Part shown: positions 1 to 11,280 of the stretch, one piece after another
Numbering within the stretch: the stretch's first letter is position 1
How the letters are laid out: each line of letters starts with the position of its first letter
Assembly: GCA_030167865.1 (NCBI GenBank)
Contig: JALAGF010004579.1
Location: forward strand, 1-33,853
Source: Craspedostauros australis
Taxonomy: Eukaryota
Reading direction: 5' to 3'
Length of the DNA: 33,853 bases
Made by a program: the position numbers and the translations under genes
Notes under the pieces: generated by a model
Told to the model about the DNA's origin: nothing
The model's database searches: none
Seen by the model: the letters and a program-made list of their open reading frames with translations, nothing else

Positions 1-1217
1 TTGGCGCATCTCCGCGAATCCATACTCGCACATTCGGTGATAAATCCCGCACGCCGCAACCAACTCCATCCTTGTTTGTACCATTTGTAGATATGGCCAG
101 CAGCATTGGGTGCCCACTACCATTGTGTGGTACTGATGCGTTCATCTGTGTGGAGCATTCGGAGATGAGGCCGTCCGCGCAGCAAGCGCTTTCAATAGCT
201 TTGGTGGATGAAGAGCTCATCGATTCCACGTGCGAGCGAGGGGTTTCGCTACTCGTGCATACGACTACTCCTGATGCACATCTTCGTCTTCACATTGCCG
301 CTGTGACGGTAGTCATCTTGTGAAATCGAGTGGAGACTGGCTCCATGTCGGACTCTACCCCCACGCATCCGTCTCCGCCGTGGTGCATCCAGGCGATTTC
401 GTCATGAGCAGCAATACATCTTGCCTTGTGTGCGCTGACTTGAATGGGATAGAGAAAACGAAAGCAGAACACAGTAGGTTGGGAGTAAGTTAGCAGAGTA
501 TGGCACGAGTAGGTGTGGTAACACGCTCGCCCAACGAACGGATCCGCAGTTGGATCGGTTGGCGCGATGCGTGCTTCGTGGGCAGCATCTTTGCGAGGAA
601 AGAGCGCGCAATGGTGAAACTTGTGCTGTCCGCAAAGTTGACGAGCGATGGAAGGAACGCGAAATCTTGGCAGGTCCGTGTTTCGCAAGCAGCACCGGCG
701 ACCAGTTCTCCCAAAGATACTCCCCCAAAAGACCACAACCACTCACGAAGGCTCAACATTCAACCTCGCCGGACACACACTCCTACAACAACAAAAGCGC
801 TCAAGCAATCTTCGATCCTTCAAGATGATAGTGCCGAATCGGTGTAACGACACACAAGGGAAGCACACACGGACCGACAGTGCTCCAGCGCGTTTGATGT
901 CCGTATCTTCTCTCGTCGTCACTGGAAGATGATTGGCAATCTCTCGTGGTCGCCACAGATCCAACCGTTGTCAAATCCTTTCAGGTGACACGACGGGGAA
1001 CAGAGCAAACAGAGCCGTTCATTAAGGATGGCTGAATGCGACGCAGCAACCGTTGTGTTTTCCATTGCAAATGACAGAAAGTTGTCCACTCCTCCATTCC
1101 TCATTCAGCTCATCTCGCAGATCCAAGCTCAGCACAAAGAAAAAGCAAACACATCAACAAACCAACCAACAGCAAACACTCCACACTCAAACAACCAAAA
1201 AAGCAGACAGCCGACAG

Positions 1218-2557
1218 CTTGTCAACACAAACTTCCGAAAGGCGACTTCCTTCATCATCGCTGCCATCGCCATGGCCGCCCACGGTGCCATGGCTGCGAT
1301 TGGTGATGACTACATCGACTCCATCCCTGCCACCATCTATGAGGCCGCCGATCTCTCTCCACAGAACATGGACTATGAGTTCATTGCCCATGGAGGATGG
1401 TACAACAATCGCCTCATCCAATACTACAAGTTCCGCATCTTCACTCCAGGCACCTACCCAGATCTCATCAGCGGCCCACCAAACATGAGCACATCCTCAG
1501 ATATCCCGATCCAGAAGGTCATCATGGAAACCACCACCGACACTTCACCGGTGTCGTCGAAAAGCCAATTCTCGAGTTTCACACCAGTGATGGCAACTCT
1601 TACTCTGAAAGAGTGCCAGAGATGTCATCAACAGCGGCAACACTCTCAAGGAGACCGACATCATCATGAACTTCCTGGTCGTCCCAACTGGATCCTCCCT
1701 CCAGAGCCCTGTGGACAAGACCGGAACCGCCCCCAGTCAAGCCCATCACCGCCTTCTACAAGGGACAGAACGTTCAGATCTTCATCTTCGAGGTCAACAA
1801 TCAAGCTGCACTTGACTACTTCAACCCTACTACCCGTGATCAGCCAGATGATGCCAACCACACCATCCCAGTTGTTACCACCTTTGCCAGCAAGACCAAT
1901 GTCACATGAATTCCACTGTGGCAAGTAAACCAGTTCACTTGCGGTGTGTCCGCTGAAAAGGGCAACCAAGGCGGACCAAGCAATGCCGGCATCCGCAATC
2001 TGATCAACCTCGACCGTCCAGATGTGGGATACTCTACACTGTGGCGGCTGGTCTGGGTCACCAAACTCCCAATCGACTACATGGCCAATCAGATTACCAT
2101 CAACACCGAGCTCACTGCGGCCAACAGAGCCGCCTTCATCCCAACACCAAGGTACGTAAACTGCCCAGATGTTGGTCCAGTCGGTACCATCAACAACGCA
2201 GACCGCCAAGAAACATGCAAGCTGAAGCTCGATCTCGCCCAGGAATCCAACTTCATGCTTGGATCTCATGCTGACTTGCTATTGATCGCGGATTTGGACG
2301 TGAAGATTGCCACCGAAGATGACACCAAGGTGGCCAAGGGAAAGACCAACATCATGAGAGCATACAAGATTGAGGTGAAGTCATCCGATATTCCAGATGG
2401 CACCACCAAGCTCAAGGTCATGTACGGGGCCAAGGACATCTGCATGCTTGAGGTTGAGGATACATCTTCTGGTGCATCCAGCATTGGCTCGACCATCATG
2501 TGACTCGGTATGGGTATGGGAATGGCAGCGACTTTGATGGCCGGTTCCATGGCATAA
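1218..2557 (+). pseudogene. Disrupted gene for a secreted, probably GPI-anchored or C-terminally anchored surface protein with YS(P/T)LW...NCP-type motifs
   Basis: Coding-like sequence stitches across frames: signal-like ...SFIIAAIAMAAHGAMA/AIGDDY, then GWYNNRLIQYYKFRIF, shift ~1541 (FTGVVEKPILEFHTSDGNSYSE), shift ~1608 (DVINSGNTLKETDIIMNFLVVP), shift in the C-run 1730-1734 (VKPITAFYKGQNVQIFIFEV), in-frame TGA 1907-1909, then IPLWQVNQF...DVGYSTLWRLVWVT...YVNCPDVG, in-frame TGA 2501-2503, hydrophobic tail LGMGMGMAATLMAGSMA and TAA 2555-2557. No ATG before the signal-like stretch, so the start is approximate. Confidence 0.75.
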
Positions 2558-4322
2558 GAAATGCTTGCCTGCAATCCATGAATGTCACGCATGTCTCGAT
2601 AGCAGCAGAGAGATTTGGAGCACGAGATCACTGCTCGTTGCCAAGCGGAGGCGTGGCGTTGATCGGAAAGCAAAAAAAAAAATGAGTCGGCGGCTCTCCT
2701 TGGGCCATCGTCGAATACAAGTCCAAGTCCATGGCTGCACATAAACATACATAATAAGCACACCCACATCGATTTGCGAAACTGAGACTGTCACAGCATG
2801 ACATCGCTATCACTCGCTCCCATTATACTCAGTCGAATAGCATTCGCAAGTGTGCTGTCAAAGTTGCACGACGCGGAGAGCGTTGGAGCACCGTGGAGGG
2901 GTATCATGCAGCGCTAGAATCCCAGGGTCCGCTGAAGTCCTGCGACACTTTGGAGACGATGTTTTTGCAGTGAAGCTGTTTGACAGCTTTCGCTGTACTT
3001 CTTACTGCTATATCTACTATTCGTATTCAGCGAAATGCTGATCGGAGATTGTCCTCGGACAACTCACAATGAAAGACAAGAGGTCCGACCAGGGCACACA
3101 ACAACGGGCCGATAAGTCTCCAGTATCGTAGTTGCTTGTGCACTTTTGACGCCCAGCCTGCCAATTTGCCGCGTTCTTGCGCCTTTTGCCTATTTCGCTG
3201 TCGCTGCCTCAAATCAACCACTATCAACGCCTTCTCATCCATCCACCAAGATTTCCATGACTTTTACATCTGTGTGCTTGGATGTTGCATTGGACTGATC
3301 GTTGATGCAATACGTACATGGCATTTGACTGTCCTTGCAGAGTCTGGATTGATTCCCCCATTGTGGTTTGCAGACTGAGTACGGTGCAGTTGTGCCTGCT
3401 CGTCCTCACGCATCGACTTGGCTTGTTGCGTTGGATGCTGAAAGGCGGATGTGTTGGATTTTTGCACAAGACGGAGGCAGCTCCGGAGAACGGCGAAAAG
3501 TGGATGCGCGACCCATAATTCGTTTGATTGGCTGATGCTGTTTGTCATCCGTGTCGAACGTATACCGGTGACAGAATGGACCTCGAATACAGCAGAGTTG
3601 GCATCGTAACGTCAACTCATCGCCGTTAACCGCCGGTGAAATCAACGGACACAAGGGGTCGAACACTGAGCAAAGCGATGACAGAACAACGGTATTTGTA
3701 CGAGGTTTGTTTGAGACACGCACGAAAGAAGACCATGTGTGGCACATGTATCTCCGCCACTGTTTTACAAAACTTTGTCAAGTCCTTGGACATCCACATG
3801 TTCCACACACAGGATCCAAGGCTCATCTTCGACGGCTGAGGTCTGTCCGTCGAGGGGTGATACACGACCAATGTCACAACAACCAACCACCAAAAGCCAC
3901 GACTCGACGCCAAAACCGACGATCAGCACAAGGATGCCACACAACAACACGAAGAACCACGAAGAGAAATGGCGCAGGTAGACGCTCTCTAGACGCAAAC
4001 CGCTGCAATGTAAACGTCAAACTAAAGACGAGCCAATAACAATCAGAGTGTAGTTACCACCAATGTTGATGCAGTTGCATACGACGAATACGGTGGATCA
4101 TTTGCCATTGGCATCGAATCGTTGGATGCAATAGTATAAAATACAGGCTCACATCAAGTGCTGCGTGTGCATGTGCTGCAATTTCGGCACTAGTCTGTAA
4201 GCACAGGAACCAGAAGTAAAATTGCGGATGCAACGTCCGTATGTATCGCGTAGAGCAAAAACCGTGTTGTTTCCATGCAGTGGGGTGTCATGTTTGCGTT
4301 GGGGTCTGTTTTTTTGTGATTT

Positions 4323-4432
4323 TGACCCCCCCTGAGAGGCCCGAAACCTTCCTTGTTCGGAAGGTCCTTCCTTGCAAGGAAGAATCGGCCTTTTCTGACC
4401 CCCCGATCTTCCTTGTTCGGAAGGTGCACTAA
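4323..4432. repeat. Cluster of short direct repeats that each form a hairpin or palindrome
   Basis: ACCTTCC-TTGTTC-GGAAGGT (4346-4365), perfect palindrome CTTCCTTGCAAGGAAG (4367-4382), CTTCCTTGTTCGGAAGGT again (4408-4425). The first and third units are each preceded by TGACCCCCC (4323, 4396). Confidence 0.85.
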
Positions 4433-5102
4433 GAACACCGTGAAACAAAACTCACCATGGATATGGCCTGTTGTGTTCACCGGGTGAGCTTGCGGATAGC
4501 TTGTTTTGCTGCTGCTGTCATTGCTCCTCCTTTGATTCCTGTTCATGTTCTTGTGTAATCTACATTTGAGAGTGCATACGTACGGTATGGTAGGCAAGTT
4601 GATTGATGCTGGTCGTCGCCTCATCCGAATTGCATGCCATGATGTCGTCGCTGTTGATGTGGAGTTGTTGCCGCCTCGATCACCCTGGATGTCATCAATC
4701 AGCGGAAACCTCGCATCGAAGTGGTAGGCGTGGGGCATGTGCGTACTCATAGAGTCAGGCAGGGTAGTCGCGTTGCATTTGTGCATCAAAGTTGTTGGAG
4801 TGTGCGGATCCACCATGGGGGATGGTCCAACATTTGTTCTATGAAACGACAAAATGCGTTCTGCCTTCGTCTTTTCTTCTTCCCTCTCTTTGTAGAGACA
4901 GAGGAGTACAACCATTTCTCATTTGGTACTATTCATCGTTCATCGTTCATTGATTGTCATCACGATCTGTCAATTGTTCTGTTCTTTGTCCATTGTCTAC
5001 TAATGTACAGTTATGGTAGAGGTCGCATCGTAGTACACCGGAGCCCCACGAGTTCGTATCCTGCATTCGTACCACACTTCTGTCGTCCATGTTGATGCGC
5101 GC

Positions 5103-5750
5103 TTACTCCTCGGTGACAGGCTCTGGCTCCTTGCCGATGAGCTTGGCAACGACGGGAGTGAGGATGACGGTGGGTGGGAATCGCACAGGACTCAGCGCCT
5201 TGTGCGCGGCGTAGGCGATGGCGAAGGTCCCGGCCTTGTCGGCCATGCTGGAGCTTTCGATGCCGATGCCGGACAGCAGAGAGGCAACGTCCACGCCGCT
5301 GTCCACCAGAAAGTAGCAGACAGCGAAGCTCACCAACGCAAGAGGAATGGAGGTGGCGAGGTAGGCGATGCCGTACTTTTTGAGAAGGGACTTGGCGGAC
5401 TCCCCGTCGTTGTCCTTGGCGGCCTTCATCAGACCGGCCTCGAGACCGAACTGCTTCGTGGTCTCCTCCGCTGCGTTGTCGTCGGCAGCAGCACCCGTGG
5501 CCTTGTTGTCCTTGGCGAAGATGTGCAGAGCAGTGGCATGCTGCCTCGCCGTCAACGTGGACACCAGCGGGTTGCTCTGGACCACCGTGCGCTGCTGCAT
5601 TCGCGACTGCGCCTGTTTCCGGGTGGTCTTGTCTGCGGAGGACGCGGTGGGTGTCACCGACGGCTGCCAAGCCATGATTGGATGGGAACCGGCGATCATC
5701 AAGCTCAACGAGATGAAGCCGATCATGCTGCAGAATTTGGAAGATGTCAT
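5103..5750 (-). CDS. DUF1279/FAM210-like membrane protein, probably plastid-targeted (215 aa)
   Basis: Single-exon ATG..TAA ORF. C-terminal KSLLKKYGIAYLATSIPLALVSFAVCYFLVDSGVDV...AGTFAIAYAAHKALSPVRFPPTVILTP matches the DUF1279 pattern. N-terminal hydrophobic signal ends IMA/WQP and is followed by an S/T/R/Q-rich transit-like peptide. Confidence 0.85.
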   Translation of the reverse strand: MTSSKFCSMIGFISLSLMIAGSHPIMAWQPSVTPTASSADKTTRKQAQSRMQQRTVVQSNPLVSTLTARQHATALHIFAKDNKATGAAADDNAAEETTKQFGLEAGLMKAAKDNDGESAKSLLKKYGIAYLATSIPLALVSFAVCYFLVDSGVDVASLLSGIGIESSSMADKAGTFAIAYAAHKALSPVRFPPTVILTPVVAKLIGKEPEPVTEE

Positions 5751-6856
5751 GTTGCGTTGCTGTTGCGTGCTGATGTTGCGTGTTCCTGAGGTCTTGTTCT
5801 TTTGTTTGGTTATTGCAAGCGAAGCAGAGTGTGAGACTTGTATTCTGTGTATGTGTGTGTACGGATGTGAAGCGTCGATTGCGTCCTTGTTGGTGTTCCT
5901 TGTTGGTCTGAATGTTGATGCTGACTGCGGTGCCGTTTTGTGCGCAGATCAATGGCGTGCCACAATCGTTGAATCGATCTTTTTGGCGTTTTTTGTGGTT
6001 GGCGTTGTTGTTCTGTGTCATGCGTGTCGGTTGACACCGGATGTTCTTCGATGGGTTGTGAGATGGAACTTTGTACGCCTGTCTGTCGCCCGTTTCGATT
6101 TGAATGGTTGGTGTGGACACGTGGAAGTGTGGAATGTGGTCATTCGGAGACATTCTATTCATCCTTGTGATACAACCTCACTTATTGGCATGCAAAGATC
6201 ATCAACATTAGTGATACTGATTTAACCAATTAATGGTCGGAATGCAGTTTTCCAGTTCTGTCGAAGACGGGCTGTGAACAAGTCGCAGCAAGAAGAAGTG
6301 GAAATGCCCTTCGCGAGAGGAAGCTGTTGTTGGCATATCCATGGGCCTGACAATGGACAGATGGTCTGCAAGGCCTTCACACAGGATGAGACACAGAGCC
6401 ATCCATCTCCTGTCCTCATAATCCTCTCCAATCCTCATCCTACACACAGTATATCATCATAGCATCTACACTATCACACACAGATACTAACAGCTGTGGC
6501 CACATCTTGAGTTTGTGGCTTGTCATGAGTGTTTGTGCAAGGCATGTGTATGAGTTACAGTTGTGCAGAAGGAGTGGATAGAGTTGATAGAGTGGATGTT
6601 TTTGATACAGCACCCAGCACTTTTGCTTCATGGGTCCAATCAAGACACCAATGAAGAAGCAGAGCACCAGGATGAATGAATGTGATGTGTTGTCTCAAAG
6701 GGATTGTCTGATGCTTGTTTCATGAGCCTTGCTCATGCTCTTGTTCTGCTCTGTGCAATTTTTGTTTGCTGTATGTTTCTCTTGTTTTGACATGTCGAAG
6801 TTGTTTGTGGTCCCTCCATTTGTCCAGTCTGTCCTTCGGTCATTGGCGCCAATAGA

Positions 6857-6889
6857 TGGTATGAATGGTATGAATGGCATGAATGGCAT
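6857..6889. repeat. 9-bp tandem repeat (ATGGYATGA), about 3.5 copies
   Basis: atggtatga-atggtatga-atggcatga-atggca read directly. Confidence 0.8.
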
Positions 6890-7479
6890 TTTTTGTCTCT
6901 TGCCTTGTTTGTTCTTTTGCGTTGTGGGAAGTGGCTGCGTGTGTTGCCTTGGATTCGTACAAACACTGTGGTGGTGGGAGTGCTTGAGGGAGGCAAAGAC
7001 CAGCCGCAAGTCCAAGAAAGGGCCACCTTGGCCCAATTGTCAAGGAGACTCTTATTGTGGGAAATATGACAGTGGTTGTGGCTGCGGCAGGTGTGGTGCC
7101 AAGAGGATGAGAACTGCAACCGTTTTCGCGCAAAGGTGACTTCTCTCTTCCTCTCTCAGGCACAACGCTTTGTCTCATGTGCCTCCTCTTGTCCTCTTGT
7201 CCTCTACCTCCCCTCCTTTGTCCAGCCAACCAAGAAAGTCACAATACTCACAACTCATACCATACAATCTATTTGTCCCAGTAGCCAAGAAGAGGCTATC
7301 TGTTGGCACAGCACAAGCAAAGGAGTGTTGTCCGCAGGTCTTGTGTGTTCTCTCCACAATCACTCCCAATGAATCCAGATTGTCTCAAGAGGGGGGAAAC
7401 CTGTCTCAACGCATCTCAACTAAAATCAACTCATCTGGACTCAACTTGGCCCAACCCATCCTGGTCTCAATTGCAAAGA

Positions 7480-8285
7480 TGGTGGTTTATTGCATTGGTG
7501 CAGAAGGGACATACCATGCTGCGCACAAACATGAGTTGGAAGTGATCAGTGAGAACATTGTCTGTCAATTCATCCCTGCAGGACGGAGCCACACCAAGCC
7601 AGTATCCAGTCCACTTTTTGGGATCAGGGAAGGTGCCAGTGGGATCATGATAGTACACTTTTTCAAAGCAATGAAAGCAAAGGAAAGGTGAGACATCCAC
7701 AGTCTCCCCAAGACGGGCAGTGAGGGATGTCGCATCGGAGAGTTGGGGTGGAGATGACGTTGTGGATGCATGCTGCATACTAGACCATATGAAACCAAGC
7801 TCATGGTGGCGCCCCTGAACAGTCAAGGATGGCATGCACTTTGGTCTTGAGCCACTTGACAGCGCGGAGCTCTGCTGGGTTCTGGTTCTGGTAGTCAGGC
7901 TCAGACAGTTCAATGCCAATGTGAAGCTCAAGGAGGGTAGCATCTACCTTCTATCTTGTTTGTTCACTGGCCTTGTCCATCCGGAATGCCTAAGGAGCTC
8001 CCTCGTCACGAATGAAGTAGTTGACAGCGATATGTGCCTGCTGCTTGGACTGTAGGCCAACGGCGTTGATGACATGTGACGAGGCAACAAACAAGGCATG
8101 TGCACAGGTGTAGTTCTCACTGTACGAAGGTATGTTGGCAAAGAATGTGTTGGTGGCCACCACTTTGCATAGACAAGGACGCTACACTCAAGCGAAAATT
8201 GGTCGCAGCTGTCTTATCATTGGCCAACGGACGACAGCCTTGCAGTTCTGTGTCGTTTGCTTGGCAGTCTCCTTGATCCACAGGT
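7480..8285 (-). mobile_element. Degenerate Ty1/copia (CoDi-like) integrase fragment, element C
   Basis: Minus-strand translation through stops and a frameshift: KQTTQNCKAVVRWPMIRQ...VATNTFFAN...YTCAH...FIRDEGAP*AFRMDKASEQ...IELSEPDYQNQNPAELRAVKWLK...LDCSGAP...GETVDVSPFLCFHCFEKVYYHDP...FP...GYWLGVA...VLTD...VRSMV. This is a DDE integrase core plus a C-terminal region. The first catalytic Asp reads Asn (8149-8151). Confidence 0.8.
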
Positions 8286-8289
8286 TGCG

Positions 8290-11280
8290 CCATCCCGTGG
8301 TGAGCATGGCCATCAAGAACATGGCGGAACCAGTCATCGAGGAGCCAGAGGACTATCCGGACGACGCAACCAACATCCAGAAGGACAAGTGGAAGAGGCA
8401 GTATGCTCTGTACACTATGCGCCTGACCAATGCAGAGACTGACTTCCAAAAGATGTACTCTGTCATCTGGGGGCAGTGCTCCAACATCATGCGGGCATGG
8501 ATCCAGGAAGCAGACACATACGCCACCGCAGCCAGCAAGCAAGACACCACAGCACTCATTCAAATCATCAAGAATGTGGTATTCAACTATCAAACGCAAG
8601 AGCAAGGGACAGTCACTGCCTGCCTCATCATGAAGGAGCTCATGGGGATATGACAGAAGCGACGCCAAACAGGACAGGAGTGCTACCAGTTGTTCGTCAA
8701 CCTGTCCGACATCAACGATGCAGTCAAGACATCAATCACCCAGGTGAGAAGCATCATCAATGCGGTAGCCAAAAAGCATGGGATCACCAGCCTGACAGCA
8801 GCACAAAAGAAGGTCATCTACACTGAGGCCAAGCAGCAATTCCTTGCTGTCCTGTTCATTCTTGGGGCGGATCGACACCGTTTCGGCTCCCTCATTGAGG
8901 AGCCGAAAAATCACCAGATCAAGGGATCCGATCAATACCCAACGACCATGGTTGCAGCACTCACCATGCTCAACCATTGGTCCAAGGATCCACGCAATGT
9001 CCCTGGCATCCATGTGCCAAGGGACACCGGCATGGCATTTGTCAACACTGACAGCAACAAAGCGGCATGTACACGATGTGAGAGATCCAATCATTCCGTC
9101 GACCAGTGCCATGCAAAATACCACAGCAATGGGACTGTGCTCATCCATGCCACGGATGACATCGTCAATGGGGACTTTGTATTTCTCCACACTCACCTGG
9201 GCGGACACGCCAACCACATACACAACCAGGACACCAGCATCATTCCTTGAACCTGGATTCTTCTGGACAATCAATTGACCGTGGACATGTTCAGCAACCG
9301 TTGCCTGCTGAAGGATATCCACACCACCAACAACAAGTTGACCATCCACTGCAACGCAGGAACAGCAACAACAAACTAAAGCAGCACACTTCCTGGATAC
9401 GGAGATGTGTGTACCATCCCACTGGGGTAGCCAACATCCTATCCCTCAGCAAAGTCAAGGGGCACTTCCATGTGACCTACAAAAGAACCGGCACCAACAG
9501 CTTCACTGTCCACAAAGCAGACAGATCCACCCAATCATTTCAGGAGTCCAATGTTGGACTATTCTACCTTGACACTGGCAACCAAACTGGAGCAGCAATG
9601 GTCAACACTGCAGACAATAACCGCAATAGCTTCTCATCCTTCAACTATTCACAGGCCAATCTGGCCAGGTCTATTCAACAGTGTATTGGTCGTCCTACGT
9701 CTCGTAGCTTTGTCAAATACGTTCTCAACGGCATGATTCCAAACTGTCCCATCACAACCAAGGACATACAAACAACTGAGATCATCTTCAGTCCGGATGT
9801 CACATCATTGAAGGGCACAACAACAAGACAGGTGCCTCCAGCCATCTGAGCCCAGATTGCACATCTGCCTGCCAACAATATGCAGCAATACTGGGATGAT
9901 ACACTGTCTGTGAATACCATGAAGGTTAATGGCATTCCATTGCTGGTGTTTGTGTCCAAGCGTCTCAAGTCCGGAACAGCAGCCAAATTGAATTCCGAAT
10001 CCAACACAACACTTGTCAAGCAGTTCTGCAACATCGTAAAGCTACACAAACAATGAGGCTTCAGAGTCAGCATCATCTTGACCAGCAAATGGTTCAGCTC
10101 CCTTTGTGGAGACATGTCCAAACTGGGTGTAAGCATCAATGTGACCTCGAGAGATGAACACATCCCAGAAGTCGAGTAATACATCAGGACAATCAAGGAA
10201 CGAACATGATCCACATACCATCCAATTCCTTTCAAGAACTACCCACCATTGCTAGTCATTGAGATGGTGAATCACACGGTGTACTGGCTGAATGTGTTTC
10301 CCCATCCAAAAGGAGTGAGCAAACAGATGACTCCATCCAAAATCGTTGTCGCTTGCAAGCTGAACAACAACGCACACTGCCGTATTGAGTTCGAAGGCTA
10401 CGTACAAACACATGAGCAGCATGTCAACACCATGCAGCCTCACACCATTGGTGCGCTCGCACTGCGTCCATCTGGGAATGATCAGGGTGGGTATCTCTTT
10501 TTGGCTTACAAACCGGCATGCGACTGCACCGAAGGAACTGGACTGAGCTTCCCATGCCAGAATTGGTCATTTTTCGAGTAGTTCATGACGACATGTGCAG
10601 CCATACGGGAGCACACATGTCCACCGGATTAGGCACCATATACGCAACATCATCCAAACAGAAAGTCAACACGAAGAGCTCAACAGAAGCAGAACTGATT
10701 GCTGTTGACGATGTGATGCCACAAGTGCTATGGTCATGGTGCTTCCTCCAAGAGCAAGGCCTCAACACCGAGCCATCCATCTTGCATCAAAACGACCAAA
10801 AAACAATGCTGTTGGACAACAACAGGTGTGGATCGAGCGGAAAACGCACCCGACACATCAACATGCGATACTTCTTCATACATGACTGAATCAGGAACGA
10901 TGAGATCACTGTCCAATACTGTCCGACTGACGACATGGTTGGGGACTTCTTCACAAAGCCACTGCAAGGCTCAAAGTTCAGGGCGTTCCAAGACACTATC
11001 CTGAACCAACAAGCAACTGATGCCAAAAAGACAACAGCCTACAAGAATGCCCTGCTGACATCACAGGAGTGTGTTGGTGCAGATGGTATCCATTTCCAGC
11101 TTTCCATGACGTCGCACGTTCACAATGACCAAAATGACCAAGGAAAACAAAAAATCCAATGGACAAGAGAAACAACCGCACACACACAAACAATGCAACT
11201 GTACAACGCCAGTGCAGGACAACAACAACAAGCCATAAATTCACATGAGCAACATCTGACCAAACCAACAACAGTGAGTT
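8290..11280 (+). mobile_element. Degenerate 5'-truncated Ty1/copia (CoDi-like) retrotransposon, element A: gag-PR-IN-[RT deleted]-RNase H-PPT-LTR remnant
   Basis: Gag KMYSVIWGQCS and FLAVLFILGADRHRFGSLIEE...GSDQYPTT. Zinc knuckle CTRCERSNHSVDQC (CX2CX4HX4C, ~9068-9109). Protease WILLDNQLTVDMFSN (~9254) and ANILSLSKV. Integrase GRP...IPNCPIT, DEHIPEVE*YIRTIKER, VYWLNVFP, GALALRPSGNDQGGY, RRNWTELPMP. RNase H KQKVNTKSSTEAELIAVDD...KRTRHINMRYFFI...CPTDDMVGDFFTKPLQG. Many stops and frameshifts. Both end coordinates are approximate. Confidence 0.9.
11065..11077 (+). other. Putative polypurine tract and 3' LTR start (TGTTGG) of element A
   Basis: AGGAGTG followed by TGTTGG shortly after the RNase H end (TKPLQG...). 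The same arrangement recurs at 13005-13017. Confidence 0.55.

Noticed and set aside
1..1000. Possible minus-strand gene remnant with a branch-point/acceptor-like GCTAAC...pyrimidines...CAG near 437-495
   Set aside because: All minus-strand frames hit stops soon after the candidate acceptor, and I recognise no motif. I cannot support a gene model.
2850..4050. Short ORFs, e.g. 3027-3242 and 3765-3998 on the minus strand
   Set aside because: No recognisable domain or consistent exon chain. They may be decayed sequence but are unsupported.
4346..4425. CRISPR-like palindromic repeats
   Set aside because: Only 2-3 units of 16-20 bp with irregular, very short spacing, no cas genes and a eukaryotic context.
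5011..6225. Long overlapping ORFs (383 aa minus; 195 aa and 285 aa plus)
   Set aside because: Off-frame or antisense shadows of the GC3-rich DUF1279 gene and its CA-rich leader, with non-protein-like composition.
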